A DNA stretch of 64,000 nucleotides from Clostridiaceae bacterium (GTDB taxonomy: Bacteria; Bacillota; Clostridia; DUPQ01). The stretch spans positions 26,709 to 90,708 of the forward strand of contig DUPQ01000074.1 in NCBI GenBank assembly GCA_012838235.1, read 5' to 3'. The position numbers and the translations under genes are program-made. This document shows positions 17,875-26,697 of the stretch, piece after piece (positions within the stretch are counted from its first letter, which is position 1; each line of letters opens with the position of its first letter). The notes below the pieces were generated by a model that saw only the letters and a program-made list of their open reading frames with translations, did no database searches and was not told the origin of the DNA.

Positions 17875-19143
17875 TTACCTCTTATAGACATGGTTTAGAA
17901 GGGTGGGTTTTAGTGTGACTTCATCCCTCTCTATACAACTCATATTGAGTAGGTCGGCAGTTTCTTTACCATAAAGAAATACGAACATTTCATATGGTGT
18001 TTTATCAGCCAAAGACTTTCTCGGAGTTGAGTTAATGTGAGAGAACATAATATCAAGGTCTTCTTGTACGATTTTATCCAGAGGATATCCGTTGGGTATT
18101 ATGTCTCTCACATAATTATGATTATTTTCCACATGAGGCTTTTGGCTTGACTGCATCGGATCGCAATAGAACATTCTGCATCTGGTTAAACCGTCAGAAT
18201 CCGATTCAAACATCTCATACTTCTCAAATTCCGCACCGCGGTCAGCGAGTACCACCGGAAAGAGTGCAGTAAAAAGGTTTCTTCCAAGCTTTTGCTGAAG
18301 CATATCAAATGTATCTGACATTGATTTAGAGGTCTTTTCACGATGTATGAATCCTATCATTAGTTTAGTTCGTTTGTGCATAATTGTCTGTATATACGGA
18401 CCACTCAAAGAATTCATAACAGTATCCATCTCCACATATGAGATTTCAGCATCTTCCGATAACAGGTTTAAGAAATCATTGTATGTTCTTCCGGTATAGT
18501 CAGCTTTTTCTTTTCTTGGCTTGTATTTTCCCTTAAAGCGCTTTCTATTTACCTGTTCTTTGAGAGAGAAGCAGTCAATGCCGAATGTTTCAAACACACC
18601 TGTTTCAATGTAGTGATACAAAGTCCTCTCACTTAAACGTATCTCATTTCTATGAGCTGCAAGTATCTGGTGCACTGATTGTCCCTTCTTTAGAAGCGGA
18701 GCTATTATATTACCTATTCTAAGCATTTCCTTTGAGGATATTCCAATTCCTTCTCTTGATTCTATGAGTGTTTGTCTGTATGCCTCATCAGCACGCTGTG
18801 CATTGTATATATATCTGTCTAAATGACATTTACTATATTTATCACATTTATTGCATGCACCGGGAGATACATCTCTTCTTCTGCATTTAGGCTCTTCATA
18901 TCTTTCGCAGTTTCCTATACATCTCTTACCACATTCTCTAATATGTATACATATCGTTGGTCTGTTGTATGTGTTACGAGGTTTCTTTATTCTATGTTTT
19001 CTGATTTCTTTTGCCACCGTGGAAGAATCTTTATTTATCACTCTTGCTATATCGGCTTTCGTGGATCCGTTTTCAATACCTGTTTGAATAATTTTTCGTT
19101 CATCAAGTGTCAAATGTTTGTTGCTACATTTTATTTTTCTCAT
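17875..19143 (-). CDS. IS30 family transposase
   Basis: N-terminal HTH (LTLDERKIIQTGIENGSTKADIARVINKDSSTVAKEIRKHR), a Cys-rich insert, and a DDE core (VEMDTV, LADRGAEF, HVENNHNYVRDIIPNG). AAAGGAG SD precedes the ATG at 19143. Confidence 0.9.
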   Translation of the reverse strand: MRKIKCSNKHLTLDERKIIQTGIENGSTKADIARVINKDSSTVAKEIRKHRIKKPRNTYNRPTICIHIRECGKRCIGNCERYEEPKCRRRDVSPGACNKCDKYSKCHLDRYIYNAQRADEAYRQTLIESREGIGISSKEMLRIGNIIAPLLKKGQSVHQILAAHRNEIRLSERTLYHYIETGVFETFGIDCFSLKEQVNRKRFKGKYKPRKEKADYTGRTYNDFLNLLSEDAEISYVEMDTVMNSLSGPYIQTIMHKRTKLMIGFIHREKTSKSMSDTFDMLQQKLGRNLFTALFPVVLADRGAEFEKYEMFESDSDGLTRCRMFYCDPMQSSQKPHVENNHNYVRDIIPNGYPLDKIVQEDLDIMFSHINSTPRKSLADKTPYEMFVFLYGKETADLLNMSCIERDEVTLKPTLLNHVYKR

Positions 19144-19253
19144 CCTATATGCTCCTTTCCAAACGAGCAACCTTCAGAAAGACACTATATGGCTTTTTGT
19201 TATGCAAATCAACAACTGGAACTTAGTGCAAGAGTAAAATCCGCTTGAGCCTA

Positions 19254-19283
19254 TTAGTACTGGAATTTACTTTTTCAATTTAC
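19254..19283. repeat. IS terminal inverted repeat (right)
   Basis: Exact reverse complement of 17581-17610. Confidence 0.9.
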
Positions 19284-19297
19284 GATTGAAATCAGGT
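19284..19297. repeat. Right copy of the 14-bp direct repeat GATTGAAATCAGGT
   Basis: Exact match to 17566-17579. Confidence 0.85.
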
Positions 19298-19319
19298 ATA
19301 GGTACATTAAAAATTACTG

Positions 19320-19348
19320 TTGAAATGGTTTATACAGTGTGGTATAAT
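19320..19348 (+). promoter_or_regulatory. sigmaA promoter of rpmE
   Basis: TTGAAA, 17-nt spacer, TGg-TATAAT (extended -10). Confidence 0.6.
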
Positions 19349-19379
19349 CACGCTTGCGGCAATTTAGGAGGTGATAAGG

Positions 19380-19580
19380 ATGAAAAAAGATATACATCCG
19401 AAATACTATAAAACTACAGCGACCTGCGCATGCGGGAACGAATTCGAAATAGGTTCAACAAGGAAGGATATCAAAGTGGAAATTTGTTCAAATTGTCATC
19501 CGTATTTCACGGGCAAACAGAAATTTGTGGATACCGGCGGAAGAGTGGACAAATTCAAAAAGAAATACGGTATTTCGTAA
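19380..19580 (+). CDS. rpmE: 50S ribosomal protein L31 (Zn-ribbon, type A)
   Basis: MKKDIHPKY start, CxC...CxxC cysteines (CACG...[10 protein letters not shown]) and AGGAGGTG SD. The track start at 19371 lies inside the SD. Confidence 0.95.
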   Translation: MKKDIHPKYYKTTATCACGNEFEIGSTRKDIKVEICSNCHPYFTGKQKFVDTGGRVDKFKKKYGIS

Positions 19581-19593
19581 TTTAAAGGAAAGG

Positions 19594-19624
19594 CGGGTTG
19601 TCTGATAAACAACCCGATTTTTTT
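19594..19624 (+). terminator. Intrinsic terminator after rpmE
   Basis: CGGGTTGT-loop-ACAACCCG followed by ATTTTTTTT. Confidence 0.7.
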
Positions 19625-19629
19625 ATGAT

Positions 19630-20574
19630 ATGAGAAAAACATCAATCGGCGGTTCGGCATTGTTAGAAGGCATAATGATGATAGGACCGCATAAAAAAGC
19701 AATCGCGGTAAGAAAACCCGACGGTGATATAGTACTGGATGTGGAGAATCTCCCTAAAAAGTGGAAGATAGCAAAAATACCCGTATTAAGAGGGGCTTAT
19801 TCACTGATATATCAGATGGTCTTAAGCATAAAGGCATTGTCTTATGCGGCATCTTTTTATGATATTGAAGAAGAGGATATTGATAAGACCGATGAACAGA
19901 ATGAGAAAGATAAAGAGCAACCGGATGAGAAGAAAGCGGAAACAAAATCATCGGACGGTGAGTTGAGTAAGACAGCCATCTTCTTTGCTGTTCTCTTATC
20001 GGTGGCAATAACTGTAGGTTTGTTTATACTTCTGCCCAATTTCGTGATAGGTCTTCTTAAGATAGAGAGTGCCGTTGTAAATAATTTACTGGAAGGCGTA
20101 TTGAGAATTGCCATTTTTATCGGCTACCTTGCTGCCGTCACTTTAATGAAGGATATAAAAAGGGTCTGGATGTATCACGGTGCGGAACATAAGACCATAA
20201 ACTGCTATGAAGCTGATGAGGAACTTACCGTGGAAAATGTTATGAAGTATCCTACAAGCAACCGCAGATGCGGGACAAGTTTCATGTTTCTGGTCATGGC
20301 GGTGTCCATAATCGTTTTTTCTCTTGTGGGATGGCATTCGGCTATTCTCAACATGGTTTTCAGGATACTGTTGCTTCCGCTGGTGGCGGGATTGGCATAT
20401 GAGCTTGTTAAAGTAGCAGGCAGATATGATAATGTGCTTTCCAAAATTGTATCCGCTCCCGGCATGCTGTTTCAGAAGCTTACGGCAAAGGAACCGGATG
20501 AAAGCATGGTGGAATGCGCCATAATGGCATTCAATGCGGTAGTACCGGAAGATCCGGAAGAAGCGAAATGGTAA
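19630..20574 (+). CDS. DUF1385-type membrane protein (conserved partner upstream of prmC)
   Basis: IGGSALLEGIMM and WMYHGAEHKTINCYE motifs, plus a conserved position between rpmE and prmC. Confidence 0.8.
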   Translation: MRKTSIGGSALLEGIMMIGPHKKAIAVRKPDGDIVLDVENLPKKWKIAKIPVLRGAYSLIYQMVLSIKALSYAASFYDIEEEDIDKTDEQNEKDKEQPDEKKAETKSSDGELSKTAIFFAVLLSVAITVGLFILLPNFVIGLLKIESAVVNNLLEGVLRIAIFIGYLAAVTLMKDIKRVWMYHGAEHKTINCYEADEELTVENVMKYPTSNRRCGTSFMFLVMAVSIIVFSLVGWHSAILNMVFRILLLPLVAGLAYELVKVAGRYDNVLSKIVSAPGMLFQKLTAKEPDESMVECAIMAFNAVVPEDPEEAKW

Positions 20575-21389
20575 TTTCACAATTGATTGGTTATTGTTCG
20601 GAAATATTTAAGGATAAAAAGGAAATGTATTTTTTTCTTGAAGAAGTGTTCCAAAAGGATATTTCATATTTCTATGCACACCCGGATGAGATTGTGGATA
20701 CTGAAAAGTACCGACTGCTGCTTGAATATGCGGAAAGAAGGCGCAAAAACCAACCTTTCGAATATATACTGAATAAGGCCTGCTTTTACGGCAATAATTT
20801 TTATGTGGATTCGCATGTCCTTATACCCAGAAACGACACGGAAATATTGGTGGAGAAAGCCATAGCCATAGGTAAAACTATGGAATCACCCCGGATTCTG
20901 GATCTGGCATGCGGAAGCGGCTGTGCGGGTATATCCGTAGCAAAGGAACTTGCACAATCAAAAGTTATCATGAGCGATATATCGGAAAAGTGTGTTGAGA
21001 TTGCGAATAAGAATATATTGATTAATAAAATAAGTAACTGTTCGGCGGTACAAAGCGACCTTTTTAATAAAATTGAAGGGCAGTTCGATATAATAGTATC
21101 CAATCCTCCGTATATTCCGTTACATGAATATGTCGCATTGGACAAACAGGTGCTGGAGTATGAGCCCAAGCTTGCACTGCTGGCAGGTGAGGAGGGAACC
21201 GAGTACTATGAATTGATATCCGCCGATGCGATGAAGTATCTGAAAAAAGGCGGATATATCCTATACGAAGTAGGATATAATCAGGCATCACGGGTATGCG
21301 ATATACTGAAAAAGTACGGATATACCGATATTAAGGTACACAAAGATTTACATAATACTGATAGAATAGTAATAGCAAGAAGCGAATGA
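20568..21389 (+). CDS. prmC: Release factor glutamine N5-methyltransferase
   Basis: SNPPYIP (NPPY) and DLACGSGC SAM motifs. The ATG at 20568 overlaps the upstream stop; the track start at 20514 lies inside the previous gene. Confidence 0.9.
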   Translation: MVISQLIGYCSEIFKDKKEMYFFLEEVFQKDISYFYAHPDEIVDTEKYRLLLEYAERRRKNQPFEYILNKACFYGNNFYVDSHVLIPRNDTEILVEKAIAIGKTMESPRILDLACGSGCAGISVAKELAQSKVIMSDISEKCVEIANKNILINKISNCSAVQSDLFNKIEGQFDIIVSNPPYIPLHEYVALDKQVLEYEPKLALLAGEEGTEYYELISADAMKYLKKGGYILYEVGYNQASRVCDILKKYGYTDIKVHKDLHNTDRIVIARSE

Positions 21390-21410
21390 CTATTCGGAAG
21401 GGTGTAGAAG

Positions 21411-22205
21411 ATGGATAAACACGATAAAAAATACGATTTTAACGACCTTGTGGAAATAATGGCAAAACTGAGAAGCGATAGCGGATGTCCCTGGGATAAA
21501 GAACAGACACATGAGTCCATTACAACATGCCTGATTGAAGAAGCTTATGAGACATGCGATGCAATCATTGATAATGACATAGAAAAGATGACTGAGGAAC
21601 TGGGAGATGTACTTCTTCAGGTGGTATTTCATGCTCAAATAGGTAAAGAAAACGGAACATTTGATTTATCGGACATTACCGACGGTATTTGCAGAAAACT
21701 CATTTTCCGCCATCCGCATATATTCGGTGACAAAAAGATGGATACAGCGGAGCAGGTACTGGAAAGTTGGGAAAAGCTGAAGATAAAGGAAAAAGGCTAT
21801 AAGAGCGAAGCGGACAGTATGAAAAACATACCCAAGACCTTTCCCGCACTTATGAGAGCCAATAAGATACAGAGTAAAGCCGAGAGAGTGGGATTTGACT
21901 GGCCGGATGTTTGGGGAGCTTTCGATAAGGTATATGAGGAAGCCCATGAGTTAAAACGGGCGATTGAAACGGAAGATACCGAAAAGCAGAAGGAAGAAGC
22001 CGGAGATTTGCTTTTTGCCGTTGTCAATGTCTGCAGATTTTTGGATATAGATCCCGAACAAAGTCTGGATGCCGCATCGGATAAGTTTATAAAGCGTTTT
22101 TCGCATGTGGAAAACAGTTGTAACGATAAAGGTCAGTATATGAGAGAGATGAATTTGGAGCAGCTGGACAAGTACTGGAACGAGGCTAAAAATGAGAATA
22201 GATAA
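21411..22205 (+). CDS. mazG: MazG nucleoside triphosphate pyrophosphohydrolase (tandem MazG domains)
   Basis: CPWDKEQTHESI, EEAYE, ELGDVLLQVVFHAQ and RHPHIFG. Confidence 0.9.
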   Translation: MDKHDKKYDFNDLVEIMAKLRSDSGCPWDKEQTHESITTCLIEEAYETCDAIIDNDIEKMTEELGDVLLQVVFHAQIGKENGTFDLSDITDGICRKLIFRHPHIFGDKKMDTAEQVLESWEKLKIKEKGYKSEADSMKNIPKTFPALMRANKIQSKAERVGFDWPDVWGAFDKVYEEAHELKRAIETEDTEKQKEEAGDLLFAVVNVCRFLDIDPEQSLDAASDKFIKRFSHVENSCNDKGQYMREMNLEQLDKYWNEAKNENR

Positions 22206-22434
22206 GTTTCTAAAAGTAAGCCGCCTCATAAAAAGAAGAACCGTAGCTAATGATGCATGTGAAGCACAGAAGATATTCGCAAACGGTAAAGCGGTCAAAC
22301 CTTCTTATCAGGTTAAAAAAGGTGATATTTTAGAGATAAAATTTGTGAACAGTTCGGTAAAGGTCAGAGTGACCGATATATCGGATAATGTTAAAAAAGG
22401 TGATGCATCGTCACTATACGAAATAGTAGAGTAA
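22192..22434 (+). CDS. S4-domain RNA-binding protein (YabO/Hsp15-like)
   Basis: MRIDKFLKVSRLIKRRTVANDACEAQKIFANGKAVKPS is an S4 fold signature. 80 aa. Confidence 0.8.
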   Translation: MRIDKFLKVSRLIKRRTVANDACEAQKIFANGKAVKPSYQVKKGDILEIKFVNSSVKVRVTDISDNVKKGDASSLYEIVE

Positions 22435-22582
22435 AATATTTGTAAATATATATTAGGCGATTACCGGTTCTTTACAACTCTCCGTGAAGATGAAATAATA
22501 AAACGGTGTTAAACAAATAAAATCGGTCGGATGCATGTAGCGTATAATGAAAAACCGTATTATGATATTGTCGGAGGATAAA

Positions 22583-23386
22583 ATGAGAGATAAACACACG
22601 CACAGAAAATTCTTAATCCCGGGACGACCGACGCTCTGCGTAATGATTAAATCCCGGGTGACATCGGAAATAATACGTGATATAAGGCTCGCACTGGAAG
22701 AAGGATGCGATGCTTTCGGTCTTCAGATGGAATCAATGTTGCCGGAATGCAGAACCGAAACGGATTTTTGCGATATTTTCAACGCAATGGAAGACAAACC
22801 GGCTTATGTCACCAATTACAGACGGGGCAATACCAAAAGTGCAGCTGATGACGAGTATCTTGCTAAAGAGCTGATTACGGCTCTTGAATGCGGCGGCGAT
22901 CTTATAGACATCAGAGCAGATATGTTCTATCCGACTTCAAGTGAGATAACATACAACCGGGCAGCGGTGGAAAAACAGATCAGATTCATAGAAGAAGTAC
23001 ATAAGCTCGGCGGACAGGTGATTATGTCAAGCCATGTACTGAAATTCATCAAAACCGATGAAGTTCTGGAAATTGCAAGAGAACAGCGAAGACGCGGCGC
23101 GGACATTGCCAAAATAGTAACCGCAGCCGATACCGAAAGCGAATTGCTGGAAAATTTAAGAATTTCCACCTGTCTGAAAGATAAACTGGGAATTCCTTCA
23201 CTTTTCCTGTGCGGCGGCAGCGCAAGCAGGAAGCATCGTCTGCTCGGACCGCTTTTAGGCTCGGATATTTATCTGGTCGTTCAGGAAAGCGCCGACAGTC
23301 CTGAAGGTCAGCCCAAACTCAAGGATGCCAAGCGTCTGCTTCTGATGATGAATTACGAAAATATTCCCGGAGAAAAAAACATATGA
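22583..23386 (+). CDS. Type I 3-dehydroquinate dehydratase family protein
   Basis: By-eye alignment to AroD: the catalytic His (IMSSHVL) and the Schiff-base Lys (ADIAKIV) are present, along with DLIDI and SRKHRLLG segments. GGAGGA SD precedes the ATG at 22583. Confidence 0.65.
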   Translation: MRDKHTHRKFLIPGRPTLCVMIKSRVTSEIIRDIRLALEEGCDAFGLQMESMLPECRTETDFCDIFNAMEDKPAYVTNYRRGNTKSAADDEYLAKELITALECGGDLIDIRADMFYPTSSEITYNRAAVEKQIRFIEEVHKLGGQVIMSSHVLKFIKTDEVLEIAREQRRRGADIAKIVTAADTESELLENLRISTCLKDKLGIPSLFLCGGSASRKHRLLGPLLGSDIYLVVQESADSPEGQPKLKDAKRLLLMMNYENIPGEKNI

Positions 23387-23585
23387 AAGCGATAACAGTA
23401 AATCCCTTTCATGGAAAGATGTCCGGCCGCTGCCGGAAAGCAAGAAAATTACAACTTTAATTTATAAAATACTGCCGATTGAAGAAGCCGACGCTGCTCA
23501 TAAAATATTAAAAGAAGGCGGACATGTCGGCAAAGTGGTACTGTCGGTAAGCGGGGAGGAATGGAAATGTCAAAAAAGGTATTAG
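23383..23585 (+). pseudogene. Remnant of an MDR-family (quinone oxidoreductase/alcohol dehydrogenase-like) gene
   Basis: One frame gives MKAITV... and stops after 25 codons. A second frame reads ...KITTLIYKILPIEEADAAHKILKEGGHVGKVVLSV, a typical MDR C-terminus. The roughly 300 aa expected in between are missing. Confidence 0.4.
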
Positions 23586-24571
23586 TTTTGGGCGGAACGG
23601 GTGCAATGGGCGTATATCTCGTACCGTTACTTGCAAAAATGGGTTATAAGGTGGATGTGGTGGCACTTGACGGAGGACAATCCGAAAACCCTAACATTAA
23701 GTTTATGAAGGCCAAGAACGCAAAAGAACCGGCATATATCGGTGAGCTGCTTAAAAACGATTACGACGGCATAGTAGACTTTTTGATATACGGGACAAAG
23801 GAGTTCAAAGAAAAATACCGTCCGCTGCTGGAAAATACCGGTCATTACATCTATCTTTCCACATATAGAGTATATGCAAACGAGGAGCATCCGATAAAAG
23901 AAACATCCCCCCGGCTGCTGGATGTTATAAAAGAAGAACCTTTCATCAGTTCGGAGGATTATTCGCTGTATAAAGCGCGCGGCGAGGATGTATTGAAAGC
24001 GTCAGGCCTTGACAACTGGACAACAATCCGCCCGGCGATAACCTACTCCAAGCGTCGTTTCCAGCTTGTAACGCTTGAAGCGGATGTGGTGATTGAACGT
24101 GCAAGACACGGTAAAACGGTGCTGCTTCCGCGTCAGGCGATGGATGTTCAGGCAACCATGAGTTGGGCGGGAGATGTCGCTAAAATGATTTCAAGACTGC
24201 TTTTCAATAACGCTGCAAAAAGAGAGACATATACAGTTGCAACGGCTGAGCATAATCCGTGGAGAGTTGTCGCGGATTATTACAAAGAGCTTATAGGGCT
24301 TAAATATGAGGAGGTTGACAAAGAAGACTATATTTCCTTTATATCACCCGATAAAAACAGTCCTTATGCACGCTGGCAGCTTGAATATGACCGTATGTTC
24401 GACCGTATCATAGACAATTCCAAGATACTCAATATAGCCGGGATGAAGCAGTCGGAGCTTATGCCGTTGCGTGAAGGCTTGAAAAGGGAACTTGCCGTTC
24501 TTCCTGCCGATACCTTTACCGTGCAGAGCAATACAAGCCGGAACATGGATATATTCCTGGAGAAACGATAG
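23567..24571 (+). CDS. NAD-dependent epimerase/dehydratase family (extended SDR) protein
   Basis: VLVLGGTGAMG Rossmann motif and a YxxxK-like YSLYKARGE. GGGGAGGA SD favours the ATG at 23567. Confidence 0.8.
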   Translation: MSKKVLVLGGTGAMGVYLVPLLAKMGYKVDVVALDGGQSENPNIKFMKAKNAKEPAYIGELLKNDYDGIVDFLIYGTKEFKEKYRPLLENTGHYIYLSTYRVYANEEHPIKETSPRLLDVIKEEPFISSEDYSLYKARGEDVLKASGLDNWTTIRPAITYSKRRFQLVTLEADVVIERARHGKTVLLPRQAMDVQATMSWAGDVAKMISRLLFNNAAKRETYTVATAEHNPWRVVADYYKELIGLKYEEVDKEDYISFISPDKNSPYARWQLEYDRMFDRIIDNSKILNIAGMKQSELMPLREGLKRELAVLPADTFTVQSNTSRNMDIFLEKR

Positions 24572-24612
24572 ATACGGAATATAATGTGTACGGTTAATAT
24601 GAAAAATTCTAT

Positions 24613-24641
24613 TTGACAACTTATATTCCATATGATAGTAT
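24613..24641 (+). promoter_or_regulatory. Promoter of the infC-rpmI-rplT operon
   Basis: TTGACA, 17-nt spacer, TGa-TAGTAT. Confidence 0.5.
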
Positions 24642-24644
24642 AAC

Positions 24645-24765
24645 GCACGGAAAGCAGAAGTAATCCCTTCTCACCCCTAAGTAACGACTGAACGGGTAAA
24701 CATATCGCATTAACTTGTTGTGTGGTCTTGCGGATTATTGTCTGCAAGACCATTATAATTTTTAC
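24645..24765 (+). promoter_or_regulatory. L20-leader-like attenuator (5' leader of infC-rpmI-rplT)
   Basis: About 125-nt leader ending in the hairpin GGTCTTGC-12 nt-GCAAGACC (24724-24751), followed by ATTATAATTTTT just upstream of the infC SD. Position and layout match the Firmicute L20 leader. I did not verify the covariation model. Confidence 0.5.
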
Positions 24766-24778
24766 GGAGGTAATTACA

Positions 24779-25309
24779 ATAGCAGCTCAAAAAGGTACCA
24801 GAAGCCAGTACAGAACTAACAGGAATATTACAGCGGAAGAAGTCAGATTAATAGGAACGGACGGAACGGCGATAGGAATAATGTCGGTTAATGAAGCGCT
24901 CAAGCACAGTGAAGCGGCAGGACTGGACTTGGTCGAGATTTCCCCCAATGCCAGACCGCCCGTATGCAGAATCATGGACTATGGCAAATTTATGTTTGAG
25001 ATCTCCAAAAGGGAAAAGGAAGCAAAAAAGAAACAGAAAACCATGGAACTGAAAGAAATCTGGCTTAAGTTGGGTATAGACGAGCATGATATTAATTTTA
25101 AGATAAAGAATGCCTGCAAGTTCCTTGCGGACGGCAACAAAGTAAAGGTAAGCCTGTCATTTCGGGGACGTGAAATGACAAGAACGCAGATGGGAGCGGA
25201 AGTATTGGAGAGGTTTACGGAAGCCTGTTCGGAATACGGCACACCGGAAAAAGATCCGAAACTGGAAGGCAGACATATGATAGTTATAATTGCACCCAAG
25301 AAACAATAG
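24779..25309 (+). CDS. infC: Translation initiation factor IF-3 (non-AUG start)
   Basis: NITAEEVRLIGTDGTAIGI... and the C-domain are conserved. GGAGG lies at 24766-24770. The in-frame codons after it are ATT (24773, 2-nt spacing) and ATA (24779, 8-nt spacing), with no in-frame AUG in this region. The track's GTG at 24722 lies in the leader hairpin. Confidence 0.85.
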   Translation: MAAQKGTRSQYRTNRNITAEEVRLIGTDGTAIGIMSVNEALKHSEAAGLDLVEISPNARPPVCRIMDYGKFMFEISKREKEAKKKQKTMELKEIWLKLGIDEHDINFKIKNACKFLADGNKVKVSLSFRGREMTRTQMGAEVLERFTEACSEYGTPEKDPKLEGRHMIVIIAPKKQ

Positions 25310-25321
25310 GAGGATTAGAAT

Positions 25322-25519
25322 ATGGCAAAATTAAAAACACACAGCGCTTCGAAAAAAAGGTTCAGAGTAACCGCAAGCGGCAAGATAAAAATGGGACATG
25401 CTTTCAGAAGGCACAGACTGATATCTAAGACCAAGAGAGCAAAAACTGATAACAGAGCAACGGCTTTCGCATCGGATGCGGATGCACCGACAATTAAGAA
25501 GCTTATCCCGTACAAGTAA
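25322..25519 (+). CDS. rpmI: 50S ribosomal protein L35
   Basis: [21 protein letters not shown]..., 65 aa, AGGAGG SD. Confidence 0.95.
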   Translation: MAKLKTHSASKKRFRVTASGKIKMGHAFRRHRLISKTKRAKTDNRATAFASDADAPTIKKLIPYK

Positions 25520-25533
25520 GGAGGAACAGACAA

Positions 25534-25878
25534 ATGGCAAGAGTAAAAAGCGGCGTAACAAAACGCAGAAGACATAAAAGAGTATTAAAGCTCGCAAAGG
25601 GATATTTCGGACATAAGAGTAAGAATTTCAGAGTTGCCAAACAACAGGTAATGAAATCGCTCAATTACGCATACATTGCAAGAAGAGCAAGAAAGCGTGA
25701 TTTCAGAAAACTCTGGATTGCAAGAATAAATGCTGCTGCAAGAACAAACGGAATGACTTATTCCAGATTCATATCGGCTCTCAAGAAGAACGGTATTGAA
25801 CTTAACAGGAAAGTGCTTGCCGACATGGCCGTAAACGATCCGAAAGCCTTTGCTTCGCTTGTCAGTTCGGTTAAGTAA
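25534..25878 (+). CDS. rplT: 50S ribosomal protein L20
   Basis: [26 protein letters not shown]..., 114 aa. Confidence 0.95.
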   Translation: MARVKSGVTKRRRHKRVLKLAKGYFGHKSKNFRVAKQQVMKSLNYAYIARRARKRDFRKLWIARINAAARTNGMTYSRFISALKKNGIELNRKVLADMAVNDPKAFASLVSSVK

Positions 25879-25881
25879 ACC

Positions 25882-26649
25882 ATGAACCGCATAGAATCCG
25901 GGGACAATAAGAAAATCAAAAGGCTGAAAAGCTTGGATAGAAAAAAGGTCCGCAATCGTGAGGACCTTTTTTTCATCGAAGGCAGAAAACTGCTGGATGA
26001 AGCGTTAAGCAGCCGTATAAGAATAACGGAAGTGTATGTAAGCGACACATATTATCAGAACAATATGTCTTATGTGGACAAGCTTACCGTTAAGAATCTC
26101 TATCTTGTGAGAGACGGCATATTGGAGTCGTTGTCCTACATGAAAAGTCCCGAAGGAATTCTGGCACTGGGAATACCTCCTAAATTCGATGTTCCGGATG
26201 TGCTTAAAAAAGGTAATCCGGTGCTTGTAATGGACAGGATAAACGATCCGAAAAACGCCGGAACAATGGTAAGGAGTGCCGAAGCTTTCGGAATGGGTTG
26301 CGTGTTTGCACTGGAAGGATGTGCCGATTTATATAACGAAAAATCCTTGAGGGCAAGCATGGGTTCGCTGTTTAGAGTTCCGTATATAAAGGTAAGCAAA
26401 GAGATTTTTACCGTACTTAAAAATGCCGGCTATGCCATATACGGACTGGATGCAAGCGGTCATAATATTGAGACGGTCAGCCTGGATAAACGTTGTGCAT
26501 TGGTCATAGGCAATGAATCCGACGGGTTGGATAAAAAGATAAGAAAGTACCTTACCGAAACATTGTCCATTCCTATGCAAGGTAAGACGGAATCGTTAAA
26601 TGCGGCATGTGCGGCAGGCATAGTAATGTACAAGATATCGTTACTGTAA
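25882..26649 (+). CDS. TrmH/SpoU family RNA 2'-O-methyltransferase
   Basis: LVIGNESDGL and IPMQGKTESLNAACAAGIVMY (SpoU motifs 2 and 3). Confidence 0.85.
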   Translation: MNRIESGDNKKIKRLKSLDRKKVRNREDLFFIEGRKLLDEALSSRIRITEVYVSDTYYQNNMSYVDKLTVKNLYLVRDGILESLSYMKSPEGILALGIPPKFDVPDVLKKGNPVLVMDRINDPKNAGTMVRSAEAFGMGCVFALEGCADLYNEKSLRASMGSLFRVPYIKVSKEIFTVLKNAGYAIYGLDASGHNIETVSLDKRCALVIGNESDGLDKKIRKYLTETLSIPMQGKTESLNAACAAGIVMYKISLL

Positions 26650-26697
26650 TTTGAAATGGTATCGGTTAATGTGTATAATTGCTGATAGGAGGAAATA

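Larger units (their letters stand above)
17581..19283 (-). mobile_element. IS30-family insertion sequence (~1.7 kb), apparently intact
   Basis: Perfect 30-bp terminal inverted repeats, a 14-bp flanking direct repeat, and a single uninterrupted transposase ORF. Confidence 0.85.

Noticed and set aside
24722-24778. GTG start for infC as given by the ORF track
   Set aside because: It lies inside the leader terminator hairpin with no SD. The added residues (MVLRIIVCKTIIIFTEV) are not IF3-like.
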